Of a DNA stretch of 64,000 nucleotides, positions 40,361 through 51,344 are shown piece by piece; within the stretch, counting starts at the first letter, position 1, and the number at the start of each line of letters is the position of its first letter. Under the pieces are notes generated by a model that was given only the letters and a program-made list of their open reading frames with translations, searched no databases and was not told where the DNA came from. Source of the DNA: an uncultured Bacteroidota bacterium (GTDB lineage Bacteria > Bacteroidota > Ignavibacteria > UBA10030); contig CAVYRP010000005.1 of NCBI GenBank assembly GCA_963770945.1, forward strand, positions 100,268 through 164,267. The letters run 5' to 3'. The position numbers were made by a program, and so were the translations under genes.

Positions 40361-41269
40361 ATGCAAGTTGTCATAGCCGGCGGCAGCGGTTTCATTGGAA
40401 GAAAACTTATCGAAGCGCTCCTTCGGGCGAAACATAATGTAACATTGCTTTCACGTGATCCGGCGAGAATCCAAAAAAGTTTTCCTTTTATTAATGTGGA
40501 ATTTTGGGATACGAAATCTATCGGTTCTCTTGCCGGTATTATTAACGGGAAGGATGCAGTGATCAATCTTGCCGGAGAATCGATCGCATCAAAACGGTGG
40601 TCGTCCAAGCAGAAACAGAAAATTCTTTCGAGCCGAATTGAATCCACACGGGCTATTGTTCAGGCAATTGAACAAGCACAGCATCGTCCGTCGGTATTAT
40701 TGAATGCATCGGCTGTCGGTTACTACGGCCACGTGCCGGAGGATGAAGTAACGGAAACATATCCCAATGGAGCCGGGTTTCTTGCGGGTGTCTGTGGTCA
40801 ATGGGAGAAGGAGGCGCAAAAAATTCAGAAGCATAATGTCCGTGTCGTTCTGCTCCGGACCGGAATTATTTTAGATAAGAATGAAGGAGCGCTGCGGAAG
40901 TTTCTTCTTCCTTTTAAAATGTTTGTCGGCGGGCCGTTAGGCAACGGCAGGCAATGGTTTCCCTGGATTCATGTGCAGGATGAAATCGATGCAATTCTTT
41001 TTGCAATGGAACATGAACAAATTGAGGGGCCCGTTAATCTTTCAGCGCCGGAATCAATACGTATGCGCGAATTCTGCAGCGCCCTTGGATCGGTCATAGG
41101 GCGTCCTTCATGGCTGCGTGTACCGGGTTTTGCCCTGCGATTAATGCTGGGAGAAATGGCGGGACTTATACTCTATAGCCAGAGAATTATTCCGCAGAAA
41201 CTGCTCAACTCCGGTTTTAAATTTCGATATCCGAATCTGGAAAAAGCTTTGCAGGATATTTTACGTTAA
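40361..41269 (+). CDS. TIGR01777-family epimerase-like protein (YfcH; NAD-binding + DUF1731)
   Basis: MQVVIAGGSGFIGRKL is a Rossmann motif. The C-terminal block PSWLRVPGFALRLMLGEMA..L.SQRIIPQKL is typical of the family. Confidence 0.82.
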   Translation: MQVVIAGGSGFIGRKLIEALLRAKHNVTLLSRDPARIQKSFPFINVEFWDTKSIGSLAGIINGKDAVINLAGESIASKRWSSKQKQKILSSRIESTRAIVQAIEQAQHRPSVLLNASAVGYYGHVPEDEVTETYPNGAGFLAGVCGQWEKEAQKIQKHNVRVVLLRTGIILDKNEGALRKFLLPFKMFVGGPLGNGRQWFPWIHVQDEIDAILFAMEHEQIEGPVNLSAPESIRMREFCSALGSVIGRPSWLRVPGFALRLMLGEMAGLILYSQRIIPQKLLNSGFKFRYPNLEKALQDILR

Positions 41270-41853
41270 CGAAGTGGAATCTGAAATCGGAGATTAGCGC
41301 TGCCGCCGAGTTCATCGGAAACACTAAAATCATACAACGTTGCTCCGACGTATGCATCTATAATATTCAGGATGTACGTGAGAACAAGATAGACTCCCAT
41401 TTCATCCCTGAAATTATGCCAGTCTTCACGCAGCCCTTTGTAGCTCGACTGAAAAGACGTCAGAGTTGTATCTGTTAACGATTGAGAATAAAGAGCTTTA
41501 TACTTCCCGTAATTGTCATCGGCGTTTTTATATTTACTAAAAAAGTAATACCCAAATCCCCAAATCAACGGGATAGTATAGTACCGATGAGCATAAATCT
41601 GCCCTGAACCCGGTAAAATCGCAGAGAATAACATTGCCAGGTTGCCTGATTTTGCGTTCTTCTCATCGGATAGTCTCATGCTGCTGAATTCATATTGCAG
41701 TGTGTCTTGAGAAGTGGAAAGTACTTCTGTCGAATCGGGTTTGATGAGTGCGGAACTGACTTTTATTTGAGCATCAGAATTGTTTGTCGATAATGCAATA
41801 AAAAGAGTGAAACCTGCAATACACAAAAATTTAAATAATCGGTTTCTCATCAA
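41266..41853 (-). CDS. DUF5683 domain protein
   Basis: 195 aa with a signal peptide and the SAILPGSGQIYAHRYYTIPLIWGFGYYF block. It sits downstream of parB, as in many Bacteroidota. Confidence 0.7.
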   Translation of the reverse strand: MMRNRLFKFLCIAGFTLFIALSTNNSDAQIKVSSALIKPDSTEVLSTSQDTLQYEFSSMRLSDEKNAKSGNLAMLFSAILPGSGQIYAHRYYTIPLIWGFGYYFFSKYKNADDNYGKYKALYSQSLTDTTLTSFQSSYKGLREDWHNFRDEMGVYLVLTYILNIIDAYVGATLYDFSVSDELGGSANLRFQIPLR

Positions 41854-41871
41854 CAGGTCTGCCGGTGCTCG

Positions 41872-42264
41872 TTATTTTTCAACGACAGCAATGGCTTCTA
41901 TTTCAACGCGAATATCGCGGGGGAGCCGGGCTGCTTCCACGGTACTGCGGGCCGGCGCTGCGGCTCCCAGAAATTCTGCATAAACTTCATTCATTGCTGT
42001 GAACTCGTTCATGTCTTTTAAGAAGACCGTCGTCTTTACGACCGATGCCATCGAAGCTCCGCCTGCAATGAGAATAGCTTCGATATTTTTCATCACCTGC
42101 CGCGTTTGTTCCTTAATGCCGCCTTCGGTAATTTTTCCGCTTACGGGGTCCATCGGCCCCTGTCCGGCAGTGTAAAGAAATTTACCGTCGACAAGGATTG
42201 CCTGGCTGTAAGGCCCGATAGGAGCCGGGGCTTTTTGTGTTAGGATTTTTTTAATGTCGGCCAT
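41872..42264 (-). CDS. ridA: RidA family (YjgF/YER057c) enamine/imine deaminase
   Basis: 130 aa with [17 protein letters not shown] and [19 protein letters not shown]. Confidence 0.9.
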   Translation of the reverse strand: MADIKKILTQKAPAPIGPYSQAILVDGKFLYTAGQGPMDPVSGKITEGGIKEQTRQVMKNIEAILIAGGASMASVVKTTVFLKDMNEFTAMNEVYAEFLGAAAPARSTVEAARLPRDIRVEIEAIAVVEK

Positions 42265-42265
42265 A

Positions 42266-43174
42266 CTATTTTCCTGTGAATAAATCCATCAGGCGGTCGA
42301 AATCATCGAGAGAATAGTATTCAACGATTATCTCGCCGCGTCCTTGCCCTTTTGTTCTGACTTTTACTTTTGTGCCCAATGCCTGGCGCAGCTTTGCTTC
42401 TAAGTTCTGAATGCCTGCCTGCGAGCCTGTGCCTTCTTTATGTGTTCCGGATTTCTTTTTCGGCTGCTGCGCTGCACGGACAATATCCTCTACTTTGCGT
42501 ACCGATAATCCGTTATCCGTTATTTTTTCAAACAACCGCAATTGCATCCGTTCATTCGGGATAGAAATGAGCGCGCGTGCGTGACCCATAGAAATTTTTT
42601 CTTTACGCAATCCCTCCTGAATTTTTCCCGGAAGCTTCAAAAGACGAATAAAGTTTGTGACCGTGCTGCGGTCCTTGCCGACACGTTTCGCGATATCTTC
42701 CTGATTGATATGGCATTCGTCCATCAGGCGCTGGTAGGCGTTGGCAATTTCCATAGGATTCAAATACTCGCGCTGAATGTTTTCGATGAGTGCGAGTTCC
42801 AGCATGTCTTCATCGTTTGCAACGGCAATGATATATGCGGGAATATGCCGTAAATGCGCTGCCTGAACAGCACGCAGACGCCGTTCGCCCGAAATGAGCT
42901 GGTATCCGCCGTCAATTCGGCGCACAGTAATCGGTTGAACGATGCCTTTTTCCTGAATGGATTTTGTAAGCTCAGTAAGAGATGCCTGGTCGAAATCTGT
43001 GCGCGGCTGGAATGGATTCGGCTGAATTTTAGCAATATCGATATTGGCGATGATGCCGGTTTCGCCGGTATCACGGCCGACAGAACCATCCCGAACGTTT
43101 ACTTCCACACGCGCATTTTTCGGAATGAGCGCGTTTAATCCGCGCCCAAGAACGGATTTTTTTTGATCAACCAT
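42266..43174 (-). CDS. parB: chromosome partitioning protein ParB/Spo0J
   Basis: 302 aa with [15 protein letters not shown], a ParB box [10 protein letters not shown] and an HTH region. Confidence 0.92.
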   Translation of the reverse strand: MVDQKKSVLGRGLNALIPKNARVEVNVRDGSVGRDTGETGIIANIDIAKIQPNPFQPRTDFDQASLTELTKSIQEKGIVQPITVRRIDGGYQLISGERRLRAVQAAHLRHIPAYIIAVANDEDMLELALIENIQREYLNPMEIANAYQRLMDECHINQEDIAKRVGKDRSTVTNFIRLLKLPGKIQEGLRKEKISMGHARALISIPNERMQLRLFEKITDNGLSVRKVEDIVRAAQQPKKKSGTHKEGTGSQAGIQNLEAKLRQALGTKVKVRTKGQGRGEIIVEYYSLDDFDRLMDLFTGK

Positions 43175-43177
43175 ACG

Positions 43178-43990
43178 TTATAATATCCTGCCCGCGGATT
43201 CATGATGGAGCAGCGGTTCGATTGCAAAGAATTTATTGTTCTTCAGTACTTCTTTTGCCAGTTCCATGTAATTACGTGTACCTATGCATATCGCATCATA
43301 AAGAATAATCGGCTTGCCGAAACTCGGCGCTTCACTCAATCGGATATTTCGCGAAACTATCGTAGTAAATACTTTATTGCCGAAGTACTTTTTTACTTCA
43401 TCGACGATTTGATTCGAAAGCCTGAGCCGTGAATCGAACATTGTCAAAAGGACTCCTTCGATATCGAGGCTGGGGTTCAATGTCTTCTTGACCATATTGA
43501 TAGTACTGAATAACTGGCCGAGTCCTTCCAGCGCGAAGTATTCGCATTGAACCGGAATTAAAACAGAATCTGCGGCAGTCAGTGCATTCAATGTAAGCAA
43601 TCCGAGCGAAGGCGGACAATCGACAACGATGAAATCGAACCTGTCGTTTATCGGCTGAAGAGCCGTAGTTAGAAGCCGTTCCCGGTTCTCCATCCCTACC
43701 ATTTCGATTTCAGCACCGACAAGATTAATATGCGATGGAAGAATGGAAAGATACGGCATTTGCGTCGGCTGGATTGCCGCTGCCGCTTCCACTTCTCCGA
43801 CAATCACTTCGTAAATGGTCTTTCCATCGATGCTCGTGGAACCGACGCCGCTTGTAGCATTTGCCTGCGGATCATTATCGATTAATAATGTACGCTTCTC
43901 GGCCGCTGCAAGCGAAGCTGCAAGGTTGATGGCAGTAGTGGTTTTACCAACACCGCCCTTTTGATTTGCTACGACGATTATTTTTGCCAC
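43178..43990 (-). CDS. parA: chromosome partitioning ATPase ParA/Soj
   Basis: 270 aa with deviant Walker A NQKGGVGKTTTAINLA and DCPPSLG. Confidence 0.92.
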   Translation of the reverse strand: MAKIIVVANQKGGVGKTTTAINLAASLAAAEKRTLLIDNDPQANATSGVGSTSIDGKTIYEVIVGEVEAAAAIQPTQMPYLSILPSHINLVGAEIEMVGMENRERLLTTALQPINDRFDFIVVDCPPSLGLLTLNALTAADSVLIPVQCEYFALEGLGQLFSTINMVKKTLNPSLDIEGVLLTMFDSRLRLSNQIVDEVKKYFGNKVFTTIVSRNIRLSEAPSFGKPIILYDAICIGTRNYMELAKEVLKNNKFFAIEPLLHHESAGRIL

Positions 43991-44250
43991 AACGGTTCGG
44001 TTGTTCCTGGAAGATTATACTTCATTGCAAAAAATATACTGTCTTTTTTCTGCTCAAGCAAACGATGAAATTAGGAAGAAATATGTTCCCGGAATGCTGT
44101 ATCGCATTTGCTGTAAAATAGCATGGGCAAATGAAAAATCCAAAGTGTTTATGGATTCACAACATAATACCGATTTTACATATATATCTTTTATTCCTTG
44201 CAACTTATTCTTCATTATTATCGTAAATAAAGTAATTATGGAGATAGATT

Positions 44251-44445
44251 ATGACAACATTTATTCTTTGGCTGATTCTTTTCTTCTTCTGCTGGCCTCT
44301 GGCACTGCTGGCACTCATAATGTATCCGATTGTTTGGCTTATATTGCTGCCATTTCGCATTATCGGCATAACTGTGGATGGACTGTTTGAATTTCTCGCA
44401 GCATTGATACACCTTCCGGCAAGAATTATCCGGGCATCAAAATAA
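44251..44445 (+). CDS. small hydrophobic membrane protein (64 aa)
   Basis: The ORF has two predicted TM helices. No family is recognised. Confidence 0.35.
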   Translation: MTTFILWLILFFFCWPLALLALIMYPIVWLILLPFRIIGITVDGLFEFLAALIHLPARIIRASK

Positions 44446-44574
44446 TAGACAAAACTACCTTCTTAGCGCCTGTTCTTATATGTTGGTTTTATTTCCCCTT
44501 TTTCCGGAAAAGTTCCGTTGCAATTAGACGCATTTTTCGGTACCGTTTTATAAATTAATCCGAGAAATATATCA

Positions 44575-47335
44575 GTGTCCCAACGAATTTCTATTATAAT
44601 TCTTATTTTTTTATTGACGATACCGGCTCCGATTTGCGCTCAAAGCGCCGTTCAGCAGCAGGGCAATGTCACGATAATTCGCCCCGAATTTGTCGAAGGT
44701 AAATCCGCTAATTCCAAATTGCTCCCTTACCGATCTGTTCAGCGGCCGCGCATTGCCGTTGTGTTAAGCGGAGGCGGTGCACGCGGTTTAGCTTCTATCG
44801 GTGTGCTGCGTGTACTAGAACGCAATTGCATCCCTGTTGATCTTATCGTAGGCACAAGTATGGGCAGCGTTATCGGCGGTTTATATGCAATGGGATATTC
44901 GACTGACCAGCTTCAAAGCATAGTCGATACGACAAATTGGGATGACTTACTCAGTTATAATGATGAAGCGCGGCGGCGGGATATGTTTTTGGATCAAAAA
45001 ATTACGCGTAATAAAAGTGTACTCGTGCTTCGATTTGAAGGATTATCGCCGGTAATTCCGGAAGCGTTCTCCTCAGGTCAGCGGCTGACCAACTATCTCA
45101 ACATCCTCACAATTCAAGCTCTCTACAAACCCGGACCAAGCTTTGATGATCTTCGTATCAAAATTCAGAGCTGTTGCTACGGATCTTGTGACAGGAAAAC
45201 GCATTATCCTTGACGGAGGCGATATGACGACTGCACTCCGCGCAAGTTTATCCGTACCGCTGTTGTTCAGCAGTGTTCCGCGAGATTCCATGCAGCTTCT
45301 TGACGGCGGTTTAGTAGACAATCTTCCTGTCGATGTAGCGATCGCGCTTAATGCAGATATTGTTGCAGCGGTTGATATGGTAAGTCCGCTCAGGCCAAAA
45401 AGCGAATTGAATGCTCCGTGGGAAATTGTTGATCAAATTACGACCATTATGATGCAAGAGTCGACCAGGCTGGCACGTGCGAAAGCGAATATTGTTATTA
45501 CACCGAAAATGGGCGACCATTTAGCTTCTGATTTTACAGATCTTGATTCTTTAATTGCTGCCGGTGAAATCGCTGCCGAAGAATCGCTTCCTGTTTTCAA
45601 GAAGCTTATAAAGGAAGCTACGCTAAAAAAATATCAGACAGACGGTGCAATACGATACGAACGGCCCCGATTTTCCTGGACAAGCGAACCATCGTCTGAG
45701 TGCAGGGACAACCTTCGGTTAATTGAGAAGCAGGGCTGGGTAACGAAGGCCGATCTGCAGATTCTTATAAATGATATATATGAGGAAGGCAGTTATGCTG
45801 CCGCGGAGGAAATAGTTGAACAGCAGAGAGATTCTACAAATATAAAAATTGTCATTTCACCTAATCCTGTTTTGAATAGTGTACGCATTTTAGGAAGTAC
45901 AATTTTTCCTATTGATACGCTTATTTCGGTGTTCCGGCCGTTATACGGGAAGCACATAAATGTTAAACGAATTACATTTGGTTTCGAACAACTTCTTGCG
46001 AAGTATCGATCGTCCGGTTACCCGCTTACCCGTATTGCAGACGTGCAATTTGATACAACGGCAAATGAAATTTTAATCTATTTAGATGAGGGTGTTGTTT
46101 CCCGCACTGATATTAACGGCACTAAAAAGACACGCGACTGGGTTATCAGGCGCGAGCTGCCCTGGCATGAGAACGATATATTGACTCTCTCAAAGATCTC
46201 GCAAGGAATGACGAATCTATACGGGACGAGCCTTTTCGAGCAAATGCATCTTTCCGTGCATCAAGAGGGAGACAGCGGCCAGTTCAATGTTACGACAATT
46301 CATGCGCGCGAACGCAATACGGAATTAATACGCTTCGGTCTCCGGGTAGATAACGAACGTAATATTCAGCCGTCCGTCGAAATACGCAATGAGAATTTAT
46401 TTGGCGCTGGAGCAGAAGCCGGATTGCTGATCGGCGGAGGCACACGAAATCTAAGCTATGTCGGCGAGATAAAGGCAACGCGCATTTTCAATACATATCT
46501 GACTATTAATCTGAAGGGATATTCAATTTCCCGCGATATAAATTTTTATGAAGACGGACCGGTAAGCAATCCGCGCCGGTTTGAACGTATCCGCACAGGA
46601 GAGTATGAAGAGCACCGCAAGGGCGGTCTGGTGAGCTTTGGCGCTCAACTCGAAAGGCTTGGCAGCGTCACTATAGAAGGACGGCTGGAAAAAATCAATG
46701 TCGACGACATTTTCAATGATAAAATCAATCATCTGGAATACAATATTTCATCTGTCAGATTTGGTACAAGTGTGGACACTCAGGATAAATTACCGTATCC
46801 GACCGATGGAATTGTCATCGATTTTTTTTATGAATCCGCATTGTTGAAACTGGTTGATGCGCCTGGATTCACGAAAATGTATTTTTCTTACGATGCGTAT
46901 AATATGTTTTATAAAAACCATGTAATTCATCCCCGGCTAATAATCGGTGTTACGGATGAAACCCTGCCGATCAGCGAACAATTTTCGCTCGGCGGACAGC
47001 AGAATTTCTTCGGATTCCGGGAAGATAATGCACGCGGCCGGCAATTATTTGAAGCGAGTTTGGAATATCAGTACAAACTCCCGTTCGAACTTTATTTTGA
47101 TACTTATTTTAAAGCACGTTATGATTTCGGCTCTATATGGGCAAGAACCATGGAAATGCGGCTGAAGGATTTTGAACATGGTGTCGGAGTAACGATCGGA
47201 TTGGATACGCCTATCGGCCCGGCGGAGTTTTCACTTGGCCGCAGTTTTAATTTCGTAGACCGTTTGGTGAGCTTTGGGCCAATTACAGCCTACTTCAGCA
47301 TCGGTTATCCGATTTTTGGAATTGTGAGAAATTAA
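44575..47335 (+). pseudogene. patatin-like phospholipase fused to POTRA/Omp85 beta-barrel (PlpD-like, type Vd architecture), apparent frameshift ~45158-45166
   Basis: Patatin motifs GGGARG, GTSMGS (GxSxG) and the catalytic Asp context LLDGGLVDN. The C-terminus is Omp85/surface-antigen-like (FSLGGQQNFFGFRED...). The frame changes at ...SFDDLRIK|[16 protein letters not shown]. Confidence 0.85.
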
Positions 47336-47460
47336 TTTAATGAATCGGATATATATTTTTCACAGACCCTATATTTCCTGTATTATCAGGAGAAACTTGT
47401 CCCTCGAATGTATCGTATCTATCTAAAGCAGGTATTGATGGACTTAATTCGGGATCAGCA

Positions 47461-50027
47461 ATGAAAAATCCATTTTCTCATCTATCGGTAATATCTAAAA
47501 GAATCATATATACGCTTGCTCATCTATCAGCAAGATCCATTAGAATCGTCTATACGCTTTCTGCCGCAATTGCTCTGGGTATCTGCCTTTTGAATTTTTC
47601 AACACAAATGATTGAGCGGGTTTCCGGAAACGATCAATGCCGATGGGTCGTAAAAGGTGAATCGCGGCTGCTTATAACCGAAATCATCAGCGGGGGGGTT
47701 GCGGACCAGGCGGGCTTGAAGGACGGAGATGTTTTGGTAAAAATTGATGGAAAGAACTTCAAGGATTTTATCGAAGCCCAGATATTAATCGATAAAAAAG
47801 TCGGTTCGTATGTTACTTACACAGTTGAGCGGGACGGTAAACAATTTGACAAGCAGATACTAATTTGCAAATTGATTAACATCCTTTTTCTTTCACAGTT
47901 TCTCTTTGGCCTAGGATTTCTGCTTGTAGGGTATGTTGTCGTGATCATGAGGCCGCAAGGAAAAGTACAGCAGATGTTTGCACGTTACAGTATCTTTTTG
48001 ATGCTCTTTTTTGGCCTCACATTTGTAAATCTTAATCCGCTAATTATACCCGTTATGGCAGGTCTGGATTCTTGGTTTGGGACTTATTCTTGCTACAATA
48101 TTTGCACTACCTCTTTTTGTTAGATTCTTCCTCTTTTTCCCCGTTAAAAGAAAAGGATATAATAGTACTATACTCATTATAGTATTACATATTGTAAGTA
48201 TCTGTATTGTAATAGCGACTTTCATGCTTGTAAAAATGAATGCAAATATGCCGTGGTTGATCGTTGTACTAATTTCGCGATATGTTTTTTTCTTTACGGG
48301 TTTTGGAATTTTTATTCACAGCTATTATAGCTTCATCCCTAAAAACCGGCGTGTTCAGCTTCGTCCGATTCTTATCGGTGTAGCAATTAGTTTGATTCTT
48401 TTTATTTATGGACTATTAGTCCAAACAATAGATCCCGTTGCGGCATTTCTTAATCCAACTGTCCTCTTTCCGCTTATGCTGCTTGTGATAACACCTATGT
48501 TTTTTGGTTATGCAATCTTTCGGCATAGATTAATGGATGTAGATGTCGTGATTCGGCGCAGTCTGATTTACGGAACAGTAACGGCTTCTTTGGCTGCGAT
48601 TTATTTGGTATCCGTATATGGCATCGGTTCGCTTGTCAACTATCTTTTTGGAGAACAGGAAAATCAACTGCTTATCGTTGTATCGTTGGTAGTAATTGCT
48701 TTTGTCTTCGATCCTGTCAAACAGAGAATGCAGAATGTAATAGATCGGTTTTTTTTCCATGAACGGTATGATTATCAGCGGGCGTTGCTGGAATTTACGC
48801 AGGAACTTCCCCGTTTGATGGAGATGAAACATATTCTGGATTCAATTGTTTCGCGTCTTTCTTCTACCATGCACATCGAAAAACTATCGGTCTATATTTG
48901 CGGAGAAAAAGAAGGATGTAAAATAGCCGCGCATAATGTAGACCAATCTGACTGTATGTTCGGAAGCGGTAAAAACACCTTGATGGCACTCTTGCAGAAA
49001 ACTCATAAACCGATCGATCTCCATCTTCTTGACGATGAGTATGATGCTACAGAGATTAATAGCGAGGAGAAACAAAAACTTCTTCGCGCCGGAGTTGTGT
49101 TGTCTGTGCCGATGTTTCTGCAGGATCGTTTGGTTGGTTTTATAAATGTCGGGCCGAAAATGTCCGGAAAAATATATTCACAGGAGGATGTCAATTTACT
49201 GGCGACAGTTGCAGGACAGGCTGCGATTGCCATCGAGAATTCCCGGCTGCATAAATCCGAGCTCGAACAGGGGCGTATTAAAGAAGAGCTGGATTTGGCG
49301 CGGAAAATTCAACAGGGTTTGTTCCCGAAAGCGAGTCCCGAGATCTCCGGCTTGGATATTTCCGGTGTATCGGTTCCTGCATTGAGTGTCGGCGGAGATT
49401 ACTACGATTTTGTCAGGCTGAATCCGAAAAAAATTCTTGCAGTTGTTGCAGATGTTTCAGGCAAGGGAATGTCTGCTGCGTTATATACGTCGAAAATCCA
49501 GGGAATGGTGCAGCTCGCTGCTCATATGTACAAAACACCGAAGGAGATGCTTATCAACATCAATAGGCGGATTTTTGAAGGGCTTGATCGCAAATCATTT
49601 ATAACAATGATTCTTGCGCTGTTTGATTTGAAGAAGATGGAAGTCCGTATCTGCCGTGCAGGCCATAATAAAGCCCTCTATAGTAAAAATGGGAACATCC
49701 GTTTTCTTGAAGGCGGCGGAATCGGACTGGGATTGGAGCGCGGCCCGATGTTCGAAAATACTATTGAAGAAGTACGTATACCTATTTCGCGGGATGCTTT
49801 TTTCCTCTTTCTATACGGATGGAATTACGGAAGCAATGAACGAGAAGAAGCAGCAGTTAGGCGAAGATGCAATAATAAATATATTGAAAACGAAAAGGCA
49901 TCTTTCAGCAAAAGAGGTTCAGGAAGCAGTTTTAGCGCGGGTAAAAAAATTTCGAGGTCCCGCCGAACAGCATGATGATGTAACAATGGTAATTGTTAAA
50001 AGTGCATTAAAAAAAATAGTAAAGTAA
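47461..50027 (+). pseudogene. membrane sensor phosphatase: PDZ + multi-TM + GAF-like + PP2C/SpoIIE, two apparent frameshifts (~48050, 49811)
   Basis: PDZ is GGVADQAGLKDGDVLVKIDG, followed by about 8 TM helices. SpoIIE motifs are GGDYYDF and VADVSGKGMSAALYTS. The terminal block ...AFFLF|YTDGITEAMNEKKQQLGED...HDDVTMVIV is split by 1 nt at 49811. Confidence 0.85.
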
Positions 50028-50137
50028 AATGAATGTAATAATTTCATAATAATTTGGTTATTCTTTTCCAGGTTTAAAATCTTCAAACCGCGCTCCTTAC
50101 TATCCGGAAAAAACTAGAGTATTTCCTCTCTCATGAG

Positions 50138-50171
50138 CAAGGGAAAAGGGGTTGGTATGCTTTTTCCCTTG
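50138..50171 (+). terminator. hairpin CAAGGGAAAA-N14-TTTTCCCTTG downstream of the phosphatase gene
   Basis: 10-bp perfect stem about 110 nt after the stop at 50027. The U-tract is weak. Confidence 0.3.
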
Positions 50172-50410
50172 ATTTGAGATCACGTAATAACTATATATAG
50201 TTTTAATCCATAACTTTGAATTGCTTAAAAGCACATAAGTATCCAATTCTCAATGAGAACGCCTGCCTGCACTCCTGCGGAGGATATACCGTCAGGCAGG
50301 GAAGTGGAGTGCTTTCAAATGTTATTGCCTCTTGTCTATCTTTGTCTTTTCTTTGAAAACTTTCTATATTCAAAGTATTCAATTTATAATTACAATATTT
50401 GATAATACAT

Positions 50411-50677
50411 ATGACAACAAAACAACCATCATCCGTTATAGAATATTCGGCAGATACTCTTGAAAAAATGGCCTACAGCATCGCCGCGGAAATTCCCGCT
50501 CAAGAGCCCAACGATAATAATCGTCTTGGCTATTGTCTGTGGGGTTGGTTAAGCGAAAGGCGCGGAACACTATTGCAGGCTATTCATGCAGCGGGAGTTC
50601 GTACACATCTGACCAAAGTAGAAATTCTTGCTATTGTAAGCAAGAAGCTGGAAGAGAAGGGCATCAAGCTTCCATAA
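50411..50677 (+). CDS. hypothetical protein (88 aa)
   Basis: ORF only; no recognisable motif. The start is ATG 50411 (the track starts at TTG 50399). Confidence 0.35.
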   Translation: MTTKQPSSVIEYSADTLEKMAYSIAAEIPAQEPNDNNRLGYCLWGWLSERRGTLLQAIHAAGVRTHLTKVEILAIVSKKLEEKGIKLP

Positions 50678-50746
50678 TTAAGAAGTAATGAATTACATCG
50701 CCCCTTAAATATTTTATTGCATTGTATTACTATTAGCTAAAACTCT

Positions 50747-51341
50747 ATGCCTTTACGATTTAACAACATTCATTCTCTCATTTATCCCGCTATTCGTTGC
50801 CATCGATGTACTGGGACTTGTGCCGATCTTTCTTTCGCTTACAGGTAAGTTGAATCCTCTGGAGAAGAAAAAGCTTATCACAGACGCAACACTGACAGCG
50901 CTTGCCGTTTCATTAATATTCCTCTTCGGGGGCAGGCTGATTTTTAATTTTCTTGGAATCACGGAAAATGATTTCCGCGTCGGCGGCGGCATTGTTCTTT
51001 TGGTTCTTGCTATTGTGGACCTTGTTTTTTCCAGCGAGGAAAACCGGAAACCGCAGACAACCGTCGGCGTCGTTCCTATCGGTATCCCGCTTATCATCGG
51101 CCCTGCCGTGCTTACAACACTCCTGATTGTAGTAGATGCATACGGTTATTTCGCCGCAGTCGTCGCGCTGCTGACAAATCTTTTTCTCGTATGGCTGATC
51201 TTTCGAAATTCCAATCTCATTATACGGATCATGGGAGAAGCGGGATCGAAAGCATTCGCAAAAGTTGCGGCTCTCTTTATGGCGGCTATTGCAATAAAGA
51301 TGATACGTCTCGGTTTGACGGCAATGATCTCCCCGGAGTAA
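50747..51341 (+). CDS. marC: MarC-family (UPF0056) integral membrane protein; 1 extra nt immediately after ATG
   Basis: The conserved first TM LYDLTTFILSFIPLFVAIDVLGLVPIFLSLTG is open in the frame of track ORF 50820-51341 back to 50751 but has no start codon there. The ATG at 50747-50749 is followed by one extra C (50750). Confidence 0.75.
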
Positions 51342-51344
51342 TTA

